A DNA stretch of 64,000 nucleotides from an uncultured Clostridium sp. (lineage in GTDB: Bacteria > Bacillota > Clostridia > TANB77 > CAG-508): NCBI GenBank assembly GCA_902491155.1, contig CABUGH010000006.1, positions 2,805 through 66,804 of the forward strand, read 5' to 3'. Numbering within the stretch: position 1 is the first letter of the stretch; every line of letters begins with the position of its first letter. Shown piece by piece: positions 26,460 through 37,156 of this stretch. The translations under genes were made by a program, and so were the position numbers. The notes beneath the pieces are model-generated. The model had not been told where the DNA came from. It did not search any database and saw only the letters and a program-made list of their open reading frames with translations.

Positions 26460-27131
26460 TTATAAAAATTTTTTTATTTCCTTAAAGATTTCCTCATGAA
26501 TATCATCTATTGTACGAATTCTATTATCTTTTATACATTTTATTTCATACCAATTATACTTTTTTGAAACTTTTAATGCTTCATTATAGGCATCTTTTAA
26601 ATGTTCCAAGTTTCTTTCGTGAATATCTTTCTTTTCTTCATTTGTAAATTTGTTTTTTCTGTTTTTCATTAGCTTAATTGCATATTCTGTTGGCATATTC
26701 AAAAATATTATTTGTGTAGGAACTGGTAATCCATACAAATTAAACTCAAAGTCCCATAGCCAGTCTAAAAATTTTTTTCTTTCTTCTGCATCTTCTATTT
26801 TTCCTGCTTGATGTACCATATTTGAAGTAGTATATCTATCTGCTAATATAATTCCTCCATTATTATAATATTTTTCGTATTCTCTCTTAAACGTTACGTA
26901 TCTATCAGCTGCATAAAATGTTGAGGCTATATACGGACTTATTTCTTTAGGATTTTCTGCTAATTCTCCACTTAAATAGATTTTTACTAGTTCTGAACTA
27001 TTACTTTCATAATTAGGAAAACTTACACTTTTATATTCTATTTTTTCTTTTTCAAATCTCCTTTTTAATTCTTCTAATTGAGTTTGCTTTCCACTCGAAT
27101 CAGTTCCTTCAATTACAAATAATTTTCCCAT
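26460..27131 (-). CDS. tmk: Thymidylate (dTMP) kinase
   Basis: P-loop FVIEGTDSSGKQTQ and the ADRY..S..VHQ motif. Length is 223 aa. Confidence 0.8.
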   Translation of the reverse strand: MGKLFVIEGTDSSGKQTQLEELKRRFEKEKIEYKSVSFPNYESNSSELVKIYLSGELAENPKEISPYIASTFYAADRYVTFKREYEKYYNNGGIILADRYTTSNMVHQAGKIEDAEERKKFLDWLWDFEFNLYGLPVPTQIIFLNMPTEYAIKLMKNRKNKFTNEEKKDIHERNLEHLKDAYNEALKVSKKYNWYEIKCIKDNRIRTIDDIHEEIFKEIKKFL

Positions 27132-27305
27132 ATAAAACTCTCCTTATCATGTGTTAATTTTTTATTTCTATCTGTTCGCTATTTTTTTTATTATATTTGT
27201 AGTATAATTATTGCACTAAAAAAATTATACTATATAAAATTTAAAAGTCAATTAAATTTTATAAATTTTAGATTTAATATTATTTTATAATGAAAGGATG
27301 ATATT

Positions 27306-28499
27306 ATGAATTATATAAAAAAATTTTCTGAATATTCAGCTAATCCTAATAATCCAAATTGGGAAAATATAATTTCTCGTTCTAAACCTTTATATCAAAG
27401 AAACACAGATTTAAGGGATATTTTTGAACGTGATTACACTCGTGTAATTCATTCGACTGCATATAGACGCTTAAAGCATAAAACTCAAGTATTTTTTTCT
27501 CCTGATAATGACCATATTTGTACAAGAATTGAGCATGTGACTCATGTTGCTTCTATTAGTCATACCATTGCACAATATTTAGGGTTAAATACAAATCTAA
27601 CACATGCTATCGCTGTTGCTCATGACTTAGGCCATAGTCCCTTTGGCCATTCTGGGGAAAGGATTTTGTCTACAATCTCTATGCGTGATTTAGGTATTAC
27701 TTTTTGGCATGAAAAAAATGGTTTGGATTTTGTTGATTCTATTGAATTATTAGAGGATTCTAATAATTGTAAACAAAACATGAATTTAACTTATGGTGTT
27801 AGAGATGGTATTATTTCTCATTGTGGTGAAATTGATGAAAATTCACTTAAACCTAGAACTAATTTTATCGATTTAAAGGATTATACTATGCTAAATCAGT
27901 TTGCTCCTTATACTTGGGAAGGCTGTGTAGTTAAGATTTCAGATAAAATTTCTTATGTATGTCGTGATATTGAAGATGCAATGACTCTTGGAATCTTAGA
28001 TACTCATTCTACTGAATTGTATGATTTACTTGATTTAAAAAATATTAATAACACTAATGTTATTAATAGTCTTATTTATGATTTATGTATGAATTCTTCT
28101 CCTGAAAAAGGATTATGTTTTTCAGATAAATCACTTGATTTACTAAATAATTTAAAAGCATTTAATTATAAAAACATTTATTTTTGTGATAGAATTCAAC
28201 CTTCAATTAGATATTTTAATGTTGTTTTAAATGAAATTTATGATGTTTTAAAATCTTATTTTTCTAGTGATTTACAATCAAGTTTAGAAAAACTTTGTAA
28301 AGTTTATCCTAAACTTGGAAATAGCTTTACTGGTTTTGTTAACATGTATTATGATTTTGGTAATAAATCTTTTTGCAAAAATAATATTCTTTTTTCTTCT
28401 GGCAATTTAAGAGATTTTTGCCAATGTATTTTATATTATATTTCTGGCATGACAGACCATTTTGCTATTGAGGTATATCAAGAAATTATTGGTTTTTAA
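27306..28499 (+). CDS. dGTPase-like HD-domain triphosphohydrolase
   Basis: FERDYTRVIHSTAYRRLKHKTQVF…HICTRIEHVTHVASI…AHDLGHSPFGHSGE is the classic Dgt-family N-terminus. Confidence 0.8.
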   Translation: MNYIKKFSEYSANPNNPNWENIISRSKPLYQRNTDLRDIFERDYTRVIHSTAYRRLKHKTQVFFSPDNDHICTRIEHVTHVASISHTIAQYLGLNTNLTHAIAVAHDLGHSPFGHSGERILSTISMRDLGITFWHEKNGLDFVDSIELLEDSNNCKQNMNLTYGVRDGIISHCGEIDENSLKPRTNFIDLKDYTMLNQFAPYTWEGCVVKISDKISYVCRDIEDAMTLGILDTHSTELYDLLDLKNINNTNVINSLIYDLCMNSSPEKGLCFSDKSLDLLNNLKAFNYKNIYFCDRIQPSIRYFNVVLNEIYDVLKSYFSSDLQSSLEKLCKVYPKLGNSFTGFVNMYYDFGNKSFCKNNILFSSGNLRDFCQCILYYISGMTDHFAIEVYQEIIGF

Positions 28500-28507
28500 T
28501 TTTATAA

Positions 28508-28540
28508 AAAGAAAATTGCTAAAATGCAATTTTCTTTTTC
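28508..28540. terminator. Bidirectional terminator between convergent genes
   Basis: 9-bp stem GAAAATTGC / GCAATTTTC flanked by an A-run on one side and a T-run on the other. Confidence 0.65.
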
Positions 28541-28586
28541 TTTCCCTTATTATATATTTTTATTATCTATCTATCTTTTTATTTTA

Positions 28587-29861
28587 TTAATTTTTACTTT
28601 TTTCCATCCATTCTTTTCCATCAACAATTCTTGAAACCATCATAGATGAAACCGTATCTCCTACAACATTTAAAGCTGTTGCTGGCGCATCAATAATTGT
28701 AGCAATCATTGTTAAAATTGGTAATGCTGCTACTGGGTATCCCATCATTGTTATAATTAACATTTCTGAAATTGTTCCTCCCCCTATTGGAACTGCTGTA
28801 ACTAACAAGTTTGCCAATAAAGCAATACCTAGTACACCCATTATATCTCCTGTGGTTGCTAAACTTGTTCCAAATAAACATACTAAAAACATTATTTTAA
28901 ATACTGATCCTATTATAGATCCATCTTTATGGAAACTTGTTCCTAATGGTATTGTTGTTTCTGCAATATCTTCTGGTACTCCCATTTTTTTGCTGCATTC
29001 AATATTTACTGGTATTGATGCCGCACTAGAACATGTTGCTAGTGCTGTTAGTGTTGATGGTATTGCATTTTTCCAAAATGCTTTTATTCCCCTTGTTCCA
29101 CCTGCTATCCATGCATATATTGTATACATTATAAAGTAAAAAGCTACTGCTACTATGGTATAAACAATGAATGTTTTTAAATACCCTACTGCAATAGATG
29201 CTCCAAAGCTTCCTACAAATGCTGCAAAATAACATCCTAAGCCTATTGGTGCATAATACATTATTATTTTTACTATATTTTGTATTACTTCATTTGCTGA
29301 CTGTACAAATTCTTTTACTGGTTTTCCTTTTTCTCCAGCCATATTTATTGCAACACCAAATAATATTGAAAAAACTAATACTGCTATTATGTTATCTTTT
29401 GAAAGCAATTTTGAAAAATCATTTACTGTTAGTAAATTAACTGTTCTTTCTGCTATTGTTGGTTCTTTTTCTTCTTCAACATCTGTACTTGCATTTTCTA
29501 CTTCTGTATCTTCTTCTAATGATTGCTTTATGTTTTCTCCATCTTCTGGATTTACTAATTTAACAAAATATGTACTTGCAAAACCTATAAACACTGCTAT
29601 TATAGATGTTATTAAAAATACAATTATTATTGTTATCATGATTTTTCCTAGTCTTTTAGGTGTTTTCATTTTTGTAATTGATGTGGTGATTGTTAAAAAG
29701 ATTAAAGGGACTATTATAACCAGTAATAGATTTAAAAATATGTCTCCTAAGGGTTTTAGAATTGCTGCTTTTTCTTGAAATATAATTCCAATGATAGCGC
29801 CAACAATTATTGCAGCTAAAAGTATTATTGTTGACTTGTAATTTGATAAAAATTTTTTCAT
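28587..29861 (-). CDS. Dicarboxylate/amino acid:cation symporter (DAACS family)
   Basis: 424 aa, polytopic, with DAACS blocks (YYAPIGLGCYFA, TCSSAASIPV, IPLGTSFHKDGS, DAPATALNVVGD). Confidence 0.8.
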   Translation of the reverse strand: MKKFLSNYKSTIILLAAIIVGAIIGIIFQEKAAILKPLGDIFLNLLLVIIVPLIFLTITTSITKMKTPKRLGKIMITIIIVFLITSIIAVFIGFASTYFVKLVNPEDGENIKQSLEEDTEVENASTDVEEEKEPTIAERTVNLLTVNDFSKLLSKDNIIAVLVFSILFGVAINMAGEKGKPVKEFVQSANEVIQNIVKIIMYYAPIGLGCYFAAFVGSFGASIAVGYLKTFIVYTIVAVAFYFIMYTIYAWIAGGTRGIKAFWKNAIPSTLTALATCSSAASIPVNIECSKKMGVPEDIAETTIPLGTSFHKDGSIIGSVFKIMFLVCLFGTSLATTGDIMGVLGIALLANLLVTAVPIGGGTISEMLIITMMGYPVAALPILTMIATIIDAPATALNVVGDTVSSMMVSRIVDGKEWMEKSKN

Positions 29862-30065
29862 AATACTACCTCTTTTCTTAAGAAAGGCAACTAGAAATAT
29901 AATTATATCTCTAGAATTTTTTTTATTATATAGTAATTATATTTTATTTGCAAGTATTTTATGAAATATTTAATGGTGTTTTTTGAGTCCGTCCACAAAA
30001 GCATCTTTGACAATAACTTTTTTATTATGTATAATAATATAATAAAAAGAAAGGATATCTGCAAA

Positions 30066-31004
30066 ATGAATACTTTATTGCAAAAAGAAAGATATAAACA
30101 CTTAAATAGCTATTTAAAAAATAAATTTGGTGAAAGGACTTTAAAAATATGTATTGATGGTAACTTTACTTGTCCAAACCGTGATGGAACCATTGGTAGA
30201 ACTGGGTGTGTTTTTTGTAGTGAACGTGGTTCTGGTGACCATATTTTACGTGGTAATATACAAAATAGTGTTGATTCTATAAATTCACAGGTTACTAATT
30301 TTTTTTCAAGTTATAAAGCTAATCGTGCAAATAAATTTATTGCTTATTTTCAAAACTTTACTAATACTTATGACACGATTTCTAATTTAAAACTCAAATA
30401 TGATTCTGCTTTAATTGATGACAGAATTGTTGGACTTGCTATTTCTACTCGACCTGATTGTATTAATGAAGATGTTGCTAAATTGTTAAAAAGTTATACA
30501 GATAAATATTATGTTTGTGTTGAATTAGGTTTGCAAACTTCAAATAATGTTACAGGTGATTTGATTGCTAGAGGATATGTTTCTAGTGATTTTTCGGCTG
30601 CTGTTTCTCTTTTAAATAAATATGGAATCGATGTAGTTGCACATATTATGGTCGGATTACCAAATGAAACCGAAGATGATATTAAGAACACTGTTAATTT
30701 TCTAAATTCTAATAATATACAAGGTATAAAAATTCATTCAACTTATGTTGTTAAAAATACTATTTTGGCTGATTGGTATTATTCTGGCAAATACAAACCA
30801 ATTTCTTTGGATTTTTATTTAGAGAATTTAGCATATATTATTACTCATATTTCTCCTGATATTGTTATTCATCGTATTTCTGGTGATGCTCCTAAAGATT
30901 TACTTGTTGCTCCAGAATGGAATTTGCATAAAAAGTGGATTCTTAATGGTTTCAATAAATTAATGGTTGAACGTGATTTGTATCAAGGTTTATTTTTTAA
31001 ATAA
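30066..31004 (+). CDS. TIGR01212-family radical SAM protein
   Basis: RYKHLNSYLKNKFGERTLKICIDGNFTCPNRDG…GCVFCSERGSGD. The start was chosen at MNTLLQ, which has an AAAGGA RBS. The ORF track's ATG at 29961 adds an unlikely 35 aa. Confidence 0.8.
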   Translation: MNTLLQKERYKHLNSYLKNKFGERTLKICIDGNFTCPNRDGTIGRTGCVFCSERGSGDHILRGNIQNSVDSINSQVTNFFSSYKANRANKFIAYFQNFTNTYDTISNLKLKYDSALIDDRIVGLAISTRPDCINEDVAKLLKSYTDKYYVCVELGLQTSNNVTGDLIARGYVSSDFSAAVSLLNKYGIDVVAHIMVGLPNETEDDIKNTVNFLNSNNIQGIKIHSTYVVKNTILADWYYSGKYKPISLDFYLENLAYIITHISPDIVIHRISGDAPKDLLVAPEWNLHKKWILNGFNKLMVERDLYQGLFFK

Positions 31005-31167
31005 AAATTTTTGTCCAATATGATTTTGACTTAGAGAGAATTTTGGAAATTGTAGAGCTTCTTAATACTCAAGACTTGATGAAGTTTCTTACTTTTGAAA
31101 ATTCTGCTGAAGACTTGCTCTAATTTTTTTGTTAACGGATTCTTAGTTGTTGCTACAAAAAGGGAAC

Positions 31168-31914
31168 TTATTTAAAGTTCCCTTTTTTTTGAATTATATC
31201 TTCTTTTTGTTCTTCTATTTGTTCCTTAATTTTTCTGGTTTTTTCTTTAATTTTTATTTTTACAGCTTGAATTTTTGGATATGCATTTATTAATCTTCTA
31301 TGTAAAGCAGATTTTTTTTGCAATATCTCTCTAACTTTTCTAGTAATTTCTTCTGTATTATCCATTTTTTCTCCAAGTTGTTTTGTTGTTGTTTTTATGC
31401 TATTGTTAATAATTCCTGATAAGATGTTATCTGTTACAAATATTGCTAATATTGTCCAAAATGCAATATTCAACCATGTTGTAGTTAATTTTTCTAGTTG
31501 TCCTATTAAAAACGGATTTGATATGTACATTATAAACATTCCTAAAATTCCAAATGCTATTAAATTGCTAAGACAAATTCTTCCGTTTATATTAAATTTT
31601 TTGTTGCTGTAGTCCCACCATCTTGCATGATATATTTTTTCCATAAAATAACTTGTTAAATATTCCAATATTCCACACACTACTACTGCCATTACAAATA
31701 ATACTATTGGATCTTGTGTATATTTATTTAAAAAAAATGTTATTAGTAAGGCCCCTACTCCATATATTGGGCAATATGGTCCGATTAGAAATCCTCTATC
31801 TATAAATCTCTTGTATTGAATTAATTTGCATATGACTTCCATGCACCATCCTATCACCGCATATATTATAAATAATAAAAAATATATCTTTATATCTATT
31901 CCATATATTTGCAA
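31168..31914 (-). CDS. Membrane protein, putative ABC-transporter type IV family (PF06541-like)
   Basis: YAVIGWCMEVI…RGFLIGPYCPIYGVGALL is the hallmark of that family. It has a charged coiled C-terminal tail. Confidence 0.6.
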   Translation of the reverse strand: MQIYGIDIKIYFLLFIIYAVIGWCMEVICKLIQYKRFIDRGFLIGPYCPIYGVGALLITFFLNKYTQDPIVLFVMAVVVCGILEYLTSYFMEKIYHARWWDYSNKKFNINGRICLSNLIAFGILGMFIMYISNPFLIGQLEKLTTTWLNIAFWTILAIFVTDNILSGIINNSIKTTTKQLGEKMDNTEEITRKVREILQKKSALHRRLINAYPKIQAVKIKIKEKTRKIKEQIEEQKEDIIQKKGNFK

Positions 31915-32021
31915 TTTTTATCCTCCTTTTTGCTTGTCCTTTTCCTTGATATATTATATGTGTTTTTTTTGTTTTTTGTCAAGTATTATTATACATTATT
32001 TTGTTGTAATCCATTACACTA

Positions 32022-32059
32022 CAGCTAAAAGACTACCTAATCTGGTAGTCTTTTAGCTG
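32022..32059. terminator. Strong hairpin downstream of the GGDEF gene
   Basis: 16-bp perfect stem CAGCTAAAAGACTACC / GGTAGTCTTTTAGCTG with a 6-nt loop. A T-rich tract follows on the + side only. Confidence 0.55.
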
Positions 32060-32070
32060 TTTATTTTGAT

Positions 32071-32931
32071 TTAACTTAGCGACTTTCTTTTTTTGTATGC
32101 TCTTTTATATTCATACATTTCCTTGTCTGCTTCTTTTATTGCATCCTCTATTGTTTCATAATTTAACTGTGCTATTTTAGGGTCATAAATTGCTACACCA
32201 TATGATATATATGGCATTTTTTCACTTCTTTTTTCTTTGTAATTATCCATAAATTTGCTTGTAATTTCTTTGGCATCATCTACAGATTTTTCCATAATGA
32301 CTGAAAATTCATCTCCACCTATCCGGAACGTTTTTCCATATTCCGCATAGTGTTGTTTTATTATGTTTGCTACTTTATATAATATTATGTCTCCCTGTTT
32401 ATGCCCATATGTGTCATTTATATATTTGAAGTCATTTACATCAAATATTATTATGGCACACTTTTTCTTAATATTTTTTGTAGTATTAAGAAATGATTTT
32501 TGATTAAATACTTTTGTTAATTCATCAATATTTTCGCCTATTTCTTTATAATACATATAAACAAATATAGAAAAAATTGATATTAAAAGCCATAATATTT
32601 CCATTTTCCTGTTTAGTATTAGAATCGCTTCCCATATTACTAAAAATATCATTATTGCACATAGCTCAACCTTTTTGTAACCTTTGTTAGTTATTAAAAC
32701 AAATATGTTGAAAAAGATCACTAGTGTTATAAACAAAGAAAATTTTATTAATTTTGTAACAATCGTTTCTTCTTTGACCCACTCTGTCATTATAGCTATA
32801 ATTGCTATTAGGCATAATAATATTACTTTCTTCCGGATTTTCTTTTCAAAATCGTCATTTGTCGCTACCATTACTATTAGCATGATAAACAAAGTTATTG
32901 ATAAAAAAGTTATTATTGTATAATATTCCAT
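32071..32931 (-). CDS. Membrane-bound diguanylate cyclase (GGDEF)
   Basis: About 4-5 N-terminal TM helices, then FDVNDFKYINDTYGHKQGD…RIGGDEFSVI. Confidence 0.85.
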   Translation of the reverse strand: MEYYTIITFLSITLFIMLIVMVATNDDFEKKIRKKVILLCLIAIIAIMTEWVKEETIVTKLIKFSLFITLVIFFNIFVLITNKGYKKVELCAIMIFLVIWEAILILNRKMEILWLLISIFSIFVYMYYKEIGENIDELTKVFNQKSFLNTTKNIKKKCAIIIFDVNDFKYINDTYGHKQGDIILYKVANIIKQHYAEYGKTFRIGGDEFSVIMEKSVDDAKEITSKFMDNYKEKRSEKMPYISYGVAIYDPKIAQLNYETIEDAIKEADKEMYEYKRAYKKRKSLS

Positions 32932-33124
32932 TTTGCTCCTCCTATTCTGAATTTTTATCTACTTGTTAATCAAAATAAACTTTTTGGTTCTTTATGTTCT
33001 TATTATATCATCTTTTTTTCTTGATTTCAAGGCTTTTTTAATATACTTTTACATTTTTTTCCATTTCTTTTATCTTAACTTTTTTAAAATAACTCTGATA
33101 TCTTACTATATATAATTGATTTTA

Positions 33125-34263
33125 TTATATGAATATGCAATAATTTTTCCAATACTTGAATATAATCCCTATACTTACTGTAGCAAGTAATAGGGACTTT
33201 TGATATTTATATAAAAACTGCGTACATTTTTTATTTTTTTGTTTGTCTAAAAATTTTTTTAAATTTCTCATATTCATTGCCTCATAATCGGTTCTAAAGC
33301 CGAATTTATCATGCAATGCATCTGTTAAATCCGTTCTAATATAATTTGGAATATAATTATCATGGCCTTCTAATTTTACCTCCATATTTCTCAATGTTTC
33401 TATAATATCTGGGGCAGTATATGCTTCTTCTAGATTTTTTTCTAAATATCTGTAAAGCACTAGTGCTAGATAACAAGTAGTGAAGTGGGCTTTTATCATT
33501 TCATCTCTTGTATGATATACTGGTCTTGATTTAAAATCCGTTTTCATAATTCTAAAACTTTCTTCAATTTTCCATATTCTATGATTTACTTTTATGATAT
33601 CTTCGACTGAATCTTCAAGATTTGTGCAAACTGCATAAAGTCCATCGTATCTTGCTTCTTCGTCTATTATACTTTGATTTATTTCATAAATACTTTTATC
33701 TGCTAATTCTCCATCAGTTGTTATGTTCGTTGTTTTTATAAATCTTTTGGGATCGTTTTGTTTTGCTTTTTTTTAATTTTTCTGGGTTGCTTTCTATTAT
33801 TTTCATTGCTCTATGAATTTTTGCTATAATTCCAATGTTTTTAATTTAGATGCTGGATAAATTATTCTTGACTATACTAATTTTGATACAATGTCATTTA
33901 AATCAAATTTGAATTGATATTTCTGTGTTATTGAATCACATATATCATTTATTTTTAATTTATAATAAATATCTTGTAAAAACAAATACCCAACATTAAA
34001 TGAATTTTGTACATTTTTTTCAATTATTTTATTTGGATTTTTTCTTATAATTACTGGCAATGATTCTTCTTTATGTTTTTTATTTAATTCTGATACATAA
34101 TTTTTTAACCATTCTAACGGATCCTCTTCACCTGATCTTTGTCTAATTTTATCAATGTTCCAAGATTTTCATAAATGCAAGTTGTTCTTTTATTATTTTT
34201 ATAGATGTCTTTTATTATTGCGTATTGAATTGTGTTTTTTGTTTTTATTATTCTAATTCTCAT
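33125..34263 (-). mobile_element. Decayed IS1634/IS4-like transposase (pseudogene)
   Basis: N-terminal piece MRIRIIKTKNTIQYAIIKDIYKNNKRTTCIYENLG and C-terminal piece KSRPVYHTRDEMIKAHFTTCYLALVLYRYLE lie in different frames with stops between them. The total span is far shorter than an intact ~1.7-kb gene. Confidence 0.55.
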
Positions 34264-34419
34264 TTGTGTATTACCTCCAAAAATTATATCGACATTATAA
34301 CACATACGAAAAATGTACGCGATACATTTGTGAAAAATTTGACAAAAAAATAAAGCATTATCAATGCTTATAAGATTTTGAATTATTCAAAAGTGTTTAA
34401 GACCCGAACTGATATATCT

Positions 34420-34495
34420 TGGTTGCGGGGGGTAGACTCGAACTACCGACCTTTGGGTTATGAGCCCAACGAGCTGCCAACTGCTCCACCCCGCG
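34420..34495 (-). tRNA. Initiator tRNA-fMet (CAT)
   Basis: Reverse complement CGCGGGGTGGAGCAGTTGGCAGCTCGTTGGGCTCATAACCCAAAGGTCGGTAGTTCGAGTCTACCCCCCGCAACCA. It has the C1:A72 mismatch and three G-C pairs in the anticodon stem, both typical of initiator tRNA. Confidence 0.9.
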
Positions 34496-34509
34496 ATGTA
34501 ACAAGTATT

Positions 34510-34538
34510 ATTATAAGACTAAACTATGTTTTTGTCAA
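34510..34538 (-). promoter_or_regulatory. Consensus sigma-A promoter for tRNA-fMet
   Basis: Minus strand reads TTGACA (34538-34533), 17-nt spacer, TATAAT (34515-34510). Confidence 0.75.
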
Positions 34539-34625
34539 TAGATTTTGAGAATTTATCCAAAAATTGTATATAAAAATTTTTTTATATTATATTATATGGT
34601 AAATTCTCAAAAATATAACTATATA

Positions 34626-35984
34626 TTATCTTATTTTTTCTTGAGTTTCCCAAATATCAGATAAATATATATTTTTTAAACCGTCTTGACTTTTTCCTAA
34701 AGGCACTGAACTTAATTTCACATTTCCCATTTTTAAGCCTTTTTCAATTAATTCGAAATATGCTCTATCTTCTTCTTCAGTTCCTCTCATATTTAGCCCT
34801 TTTAATACAATATCGCCAATTTCTGCATTTCTTATTCCATTTTTTAGTGTTCTTATGTATTTTGGAATTTGATTATCGTTATCTTTAATAGAAAATCTAT
34901 CGCAAACCTCTTTTGCTCTTTTAAAATCTTTACTACAAATCAAATTATTTACAACTGTTCTTATTGACTGTTCCAAATCTCCTCCACACAATTCTTGCAT
35001 TTGTTTAATTGTTACTTTAGGATTTTCTATATGGTATTTTTCTGGTTGTTCCATTAAAACTGTTCTTATTTGTATTAATATTTGTTTTTTTTCTTGTTCC
35101 TCTGTTAATGAAAATCTAGTTTTTGGTTTTTTTTCTATTCTTTTTTTAGCTTCTTTATCAATAATTTTATTTGCTATTTCAGTATCTAATGTGCCATTGG
35201 CTATCTCTGTAATAATAAAAGCTATATCTGTAGGTACATCATTTCTAATTCTATCAAAAACCATCTTCTGATTTATTTTCAATATTTTATTTCCAATTCT
35301 ACTTTTTACAGCTCCTACATAAATTTGATTACTTTGTTGCATTTTTGTTGTTAGCTTTTTTTCCAAAATTTTTAATCCTTGTAAATCTTCTGTTTGCAAT
35401 TGAGCAATATCAATAGCATCTGTTAATTTTTTTACTATTGTTTTTTTAGTTCTATTAATATAAAAATCAATTTTATCTGTTGTATTTAGATTTAATTTTT
35501 CTAATTCTTCTGATTGAATTAAAGAATGTAATTTTTCTGACTGTTCAATAGTTAATTGATAATTTTCTATTTTCTTTATTTTAGTTAATATTACATTAGC
35601 TCCTTTTCTTCTTTCTTTTTTAGAAAGATTTTTCATACCTTTTACTATTTCTTCAATTTCTGTTATTACTGAATTAATCAATTCAATTTCTTGGTTTGTT
35701 AATTCTTTTGGTGTTTTAACCTCTACTTTATCGACTTTAAAAAATAGTCTTTTATATTGTTCTCTCATTTGTTGCATTTTTGAATGAGCTTGTTTATTTT
35801 TATTATCAATTATTTCTCTAGCACTATAAGTTTTTATAGGTTTAGACTTGTTTGTTTTTTCTAATTCCAATTTATATTGCATAATCTCTTCAATTGGTAT
35901 ATCTAATTCAAAAGACATCAATTCTAAATCAAATCCATTCTGTATAAGTTTTTTAATTTCTTCTATTTCGCTATGTTTTATCAT
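34626..35984 (-). CDS. Hypothetical protein; its N-terminal ~45 aa are paralogous to the ORF at 38714-39610
   Basis: 452 aa from the MIKHSEIEE start, which has a GAGGAAA RBS. EEIKKLIQNGFDLELMSFELDIPIEEI aligns with EEIIRLIYNGFDIELLSFELDIPIEKL of the other ORF. The rest is charged and helical with no recognised motif. Confidence 0.6.
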   Translation of the reverse strand: MIKHSEIEEIKKLIQNGFDLELMSFELDIPIEEIMQYKLELEKTNKSKPIKTYSAREIIDNKNKQAHSKMQQMREQYKRLFFKVDKVEVKTPKELTNQEIELINSVITEIEEIVKGMKNLSKKERRKGANVILTKIKKIENYQLTIEQSEKLHSLIQSEELEKLNLNTTDKIDFYINRTKKTIVKKLTDAIDIAQLQTEDLQGLKILEKKLTTKMQQSNQIYVGAVKSRIGNKILKINQKMVFDRIRNDVPTDIAFIITEIANGTLDTEIANKIIDKEAKKRIEKKPKTRFSLTEEQEKKQILIQIRTVLMEQPEKYHIENPKVTIKQMQELCGGDLEQSIRTVVNNLICSKDFKRAKEVCDRFSIKDNDNQIPKYIRTLKNGIRNAEIGDIVLKGLNMRGTEEEDRAYFELIEKGLKMGNVKLSSVPLGKSQDGLKNIYLSDIWETQEKIR

Positions 35985-36120
35985 ATTATCACATTTCCTC
36001 ACTTTTTTGATTTCTTATTTTCATTATGTGTTTTAGAATATATCTTTTGTGAATATCGTAAATTTATTGAAATTATAGCATAACTCAATTGTTTTTTCAA
36101 TAAGTTTTATATTATTTGAA

Positions 36121-36148
36121 AATGGGAGCATTTTCTTATGCTCCCATT
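36121..36148 (-). terminator. Hairpin after the SSB-like gene
   Basis: 11-bp stem AATGGGAGCAT / ATGCTCCCATT with a 6-nt loop. The T-tract is weak. Confidence 0.5.
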
Positions 36149-36180
36149 CTTTCTCTTTAGACAATTTCTCTACTATCAGA

Positions 36181-36921
36181 TTATCCTTCTAATCTCAAAT
36201 CTTCAACTCTCTGCATTCGCATTACTGAAATCTCATAAGCGATTCTGTGTTCTACTGCATCTGAATCTGCCGAATATCTTTTAAAATATTCTCTGCTTTG
36301 GATTCTGCCATAGAGTTTTACTCGATTTCCTGTTTCAAATTCACTTACCCATTGAGCAACTCGTCCCCATGCAATACATGGAATATAATCCGATTTTCCA
36401 TACGGCCTGTTTACTGCAATGAGCAAATCAGTTATCTGTCTACCTAAAGGTGTTTTTCTGTATACTGGTGGTTTGCAAAGGTGTCCATCAAGATAAATTA
36501 AATTGGCATTTGTTGTTTCTTCAAGTTCATCTTCATCCTCATAGATGTTAATTGCCGTTACAAATAAGAATAATTCTAAATGTTTACGACCATCTTCTCC
36601 TTCTTTGTTATGTGATCTGAACTGTCCTGCTACTTCTACCCACTTACCTTTGAGTGAATTTTTCATTCTTTCTCGTTCTATTAGTAAATCAGATACAATT
36701 ATTGGAACTAAATCTTCTGTTCCACTTAATCTTTCTACTCTGATTCTTGTTCGGTAGAATTTTTCCCACTGTACTTCATGACTGTATTCGAATTCTGCCT
36801 CAATTTTGCCACTAACAAATACTTTGTTAAACTCACTAAAAAGTTTTTCGGTAGTTGAGTTTTCCTCCTGTCTTGTTATTACATTGTTTTCCCGTCTTGC
36901 TACTGCCGTTTCATCTGACAT
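36181..36921 (-). CDS. ssb: Single-stranded DNA-binding protein with two tandem OB folds
   Basis: The second module, NLIYLDGHLCKPPVYRKTPLGRQITDLLIAVNRPYGKSDYIPCIAWGRVAQWV…GNRVKLYGRIQSREY, tracks the SsbA pattern N.v.L.GrL..dP..R.T..G…l.laVnR…D.i.c..Wgr.Ae. The first module has the same architecture. G+C is higher than in neighbouring DNA. Confidence 0.65.
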   Translation of the reverse strand: MSDETAVARRENNVITRQEENSTTEKLFSEFNKVFVSGKIEAEFEYSHEVQWEKFYRTRIRVERLSGTEDLVPIIVSDLLIERERMKNSLKGKWVEVAGQFRSHNKEGEDGRKHLELFLFVTAINIYEDEDELEETTNANLIYLDGHLCKPPVYRKTPLGRQITDLLIAVNRPYGKSDYIPCIAWGRVAQWVSEFETGNRVKLYGRIQSREYFKRYSADSDAVEHRIAYEISVMRMQRVEDLRLEG

Positions 36922-37156
36922 ATGTACTTTCCTCCTGATTATTTTTTTTGCTTATAGTACATTCGGTAGAAAAATCATTCTAAATTGCTTACATACAGAA
37001 ATTATGTGTATGTGTTTGAATTAAGAAATAAATTCTTCCTCTTTATATATATAAACAATATAGTTATTATATCACTATTTTATATTTTTGTAAAGTTATG
37101 TAAATAGCAAACAACTCCACCGATACATCTAGTGAAGTTTTTGCTCAATACCAAGA

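Noticed and set aside
34541-34615. 12-bp inverted repeat TTTTGAGAATTT / AAATTCTCAAAA upstream of the tRNA-fMet promoter as a regulatory site
   Set aside because: It is AT-only with a ~46-nt loop, lying between a gene end and the promoter. It could be a weak terminator or chance in 25%-GC DNA, and is not distinctive enough to report.
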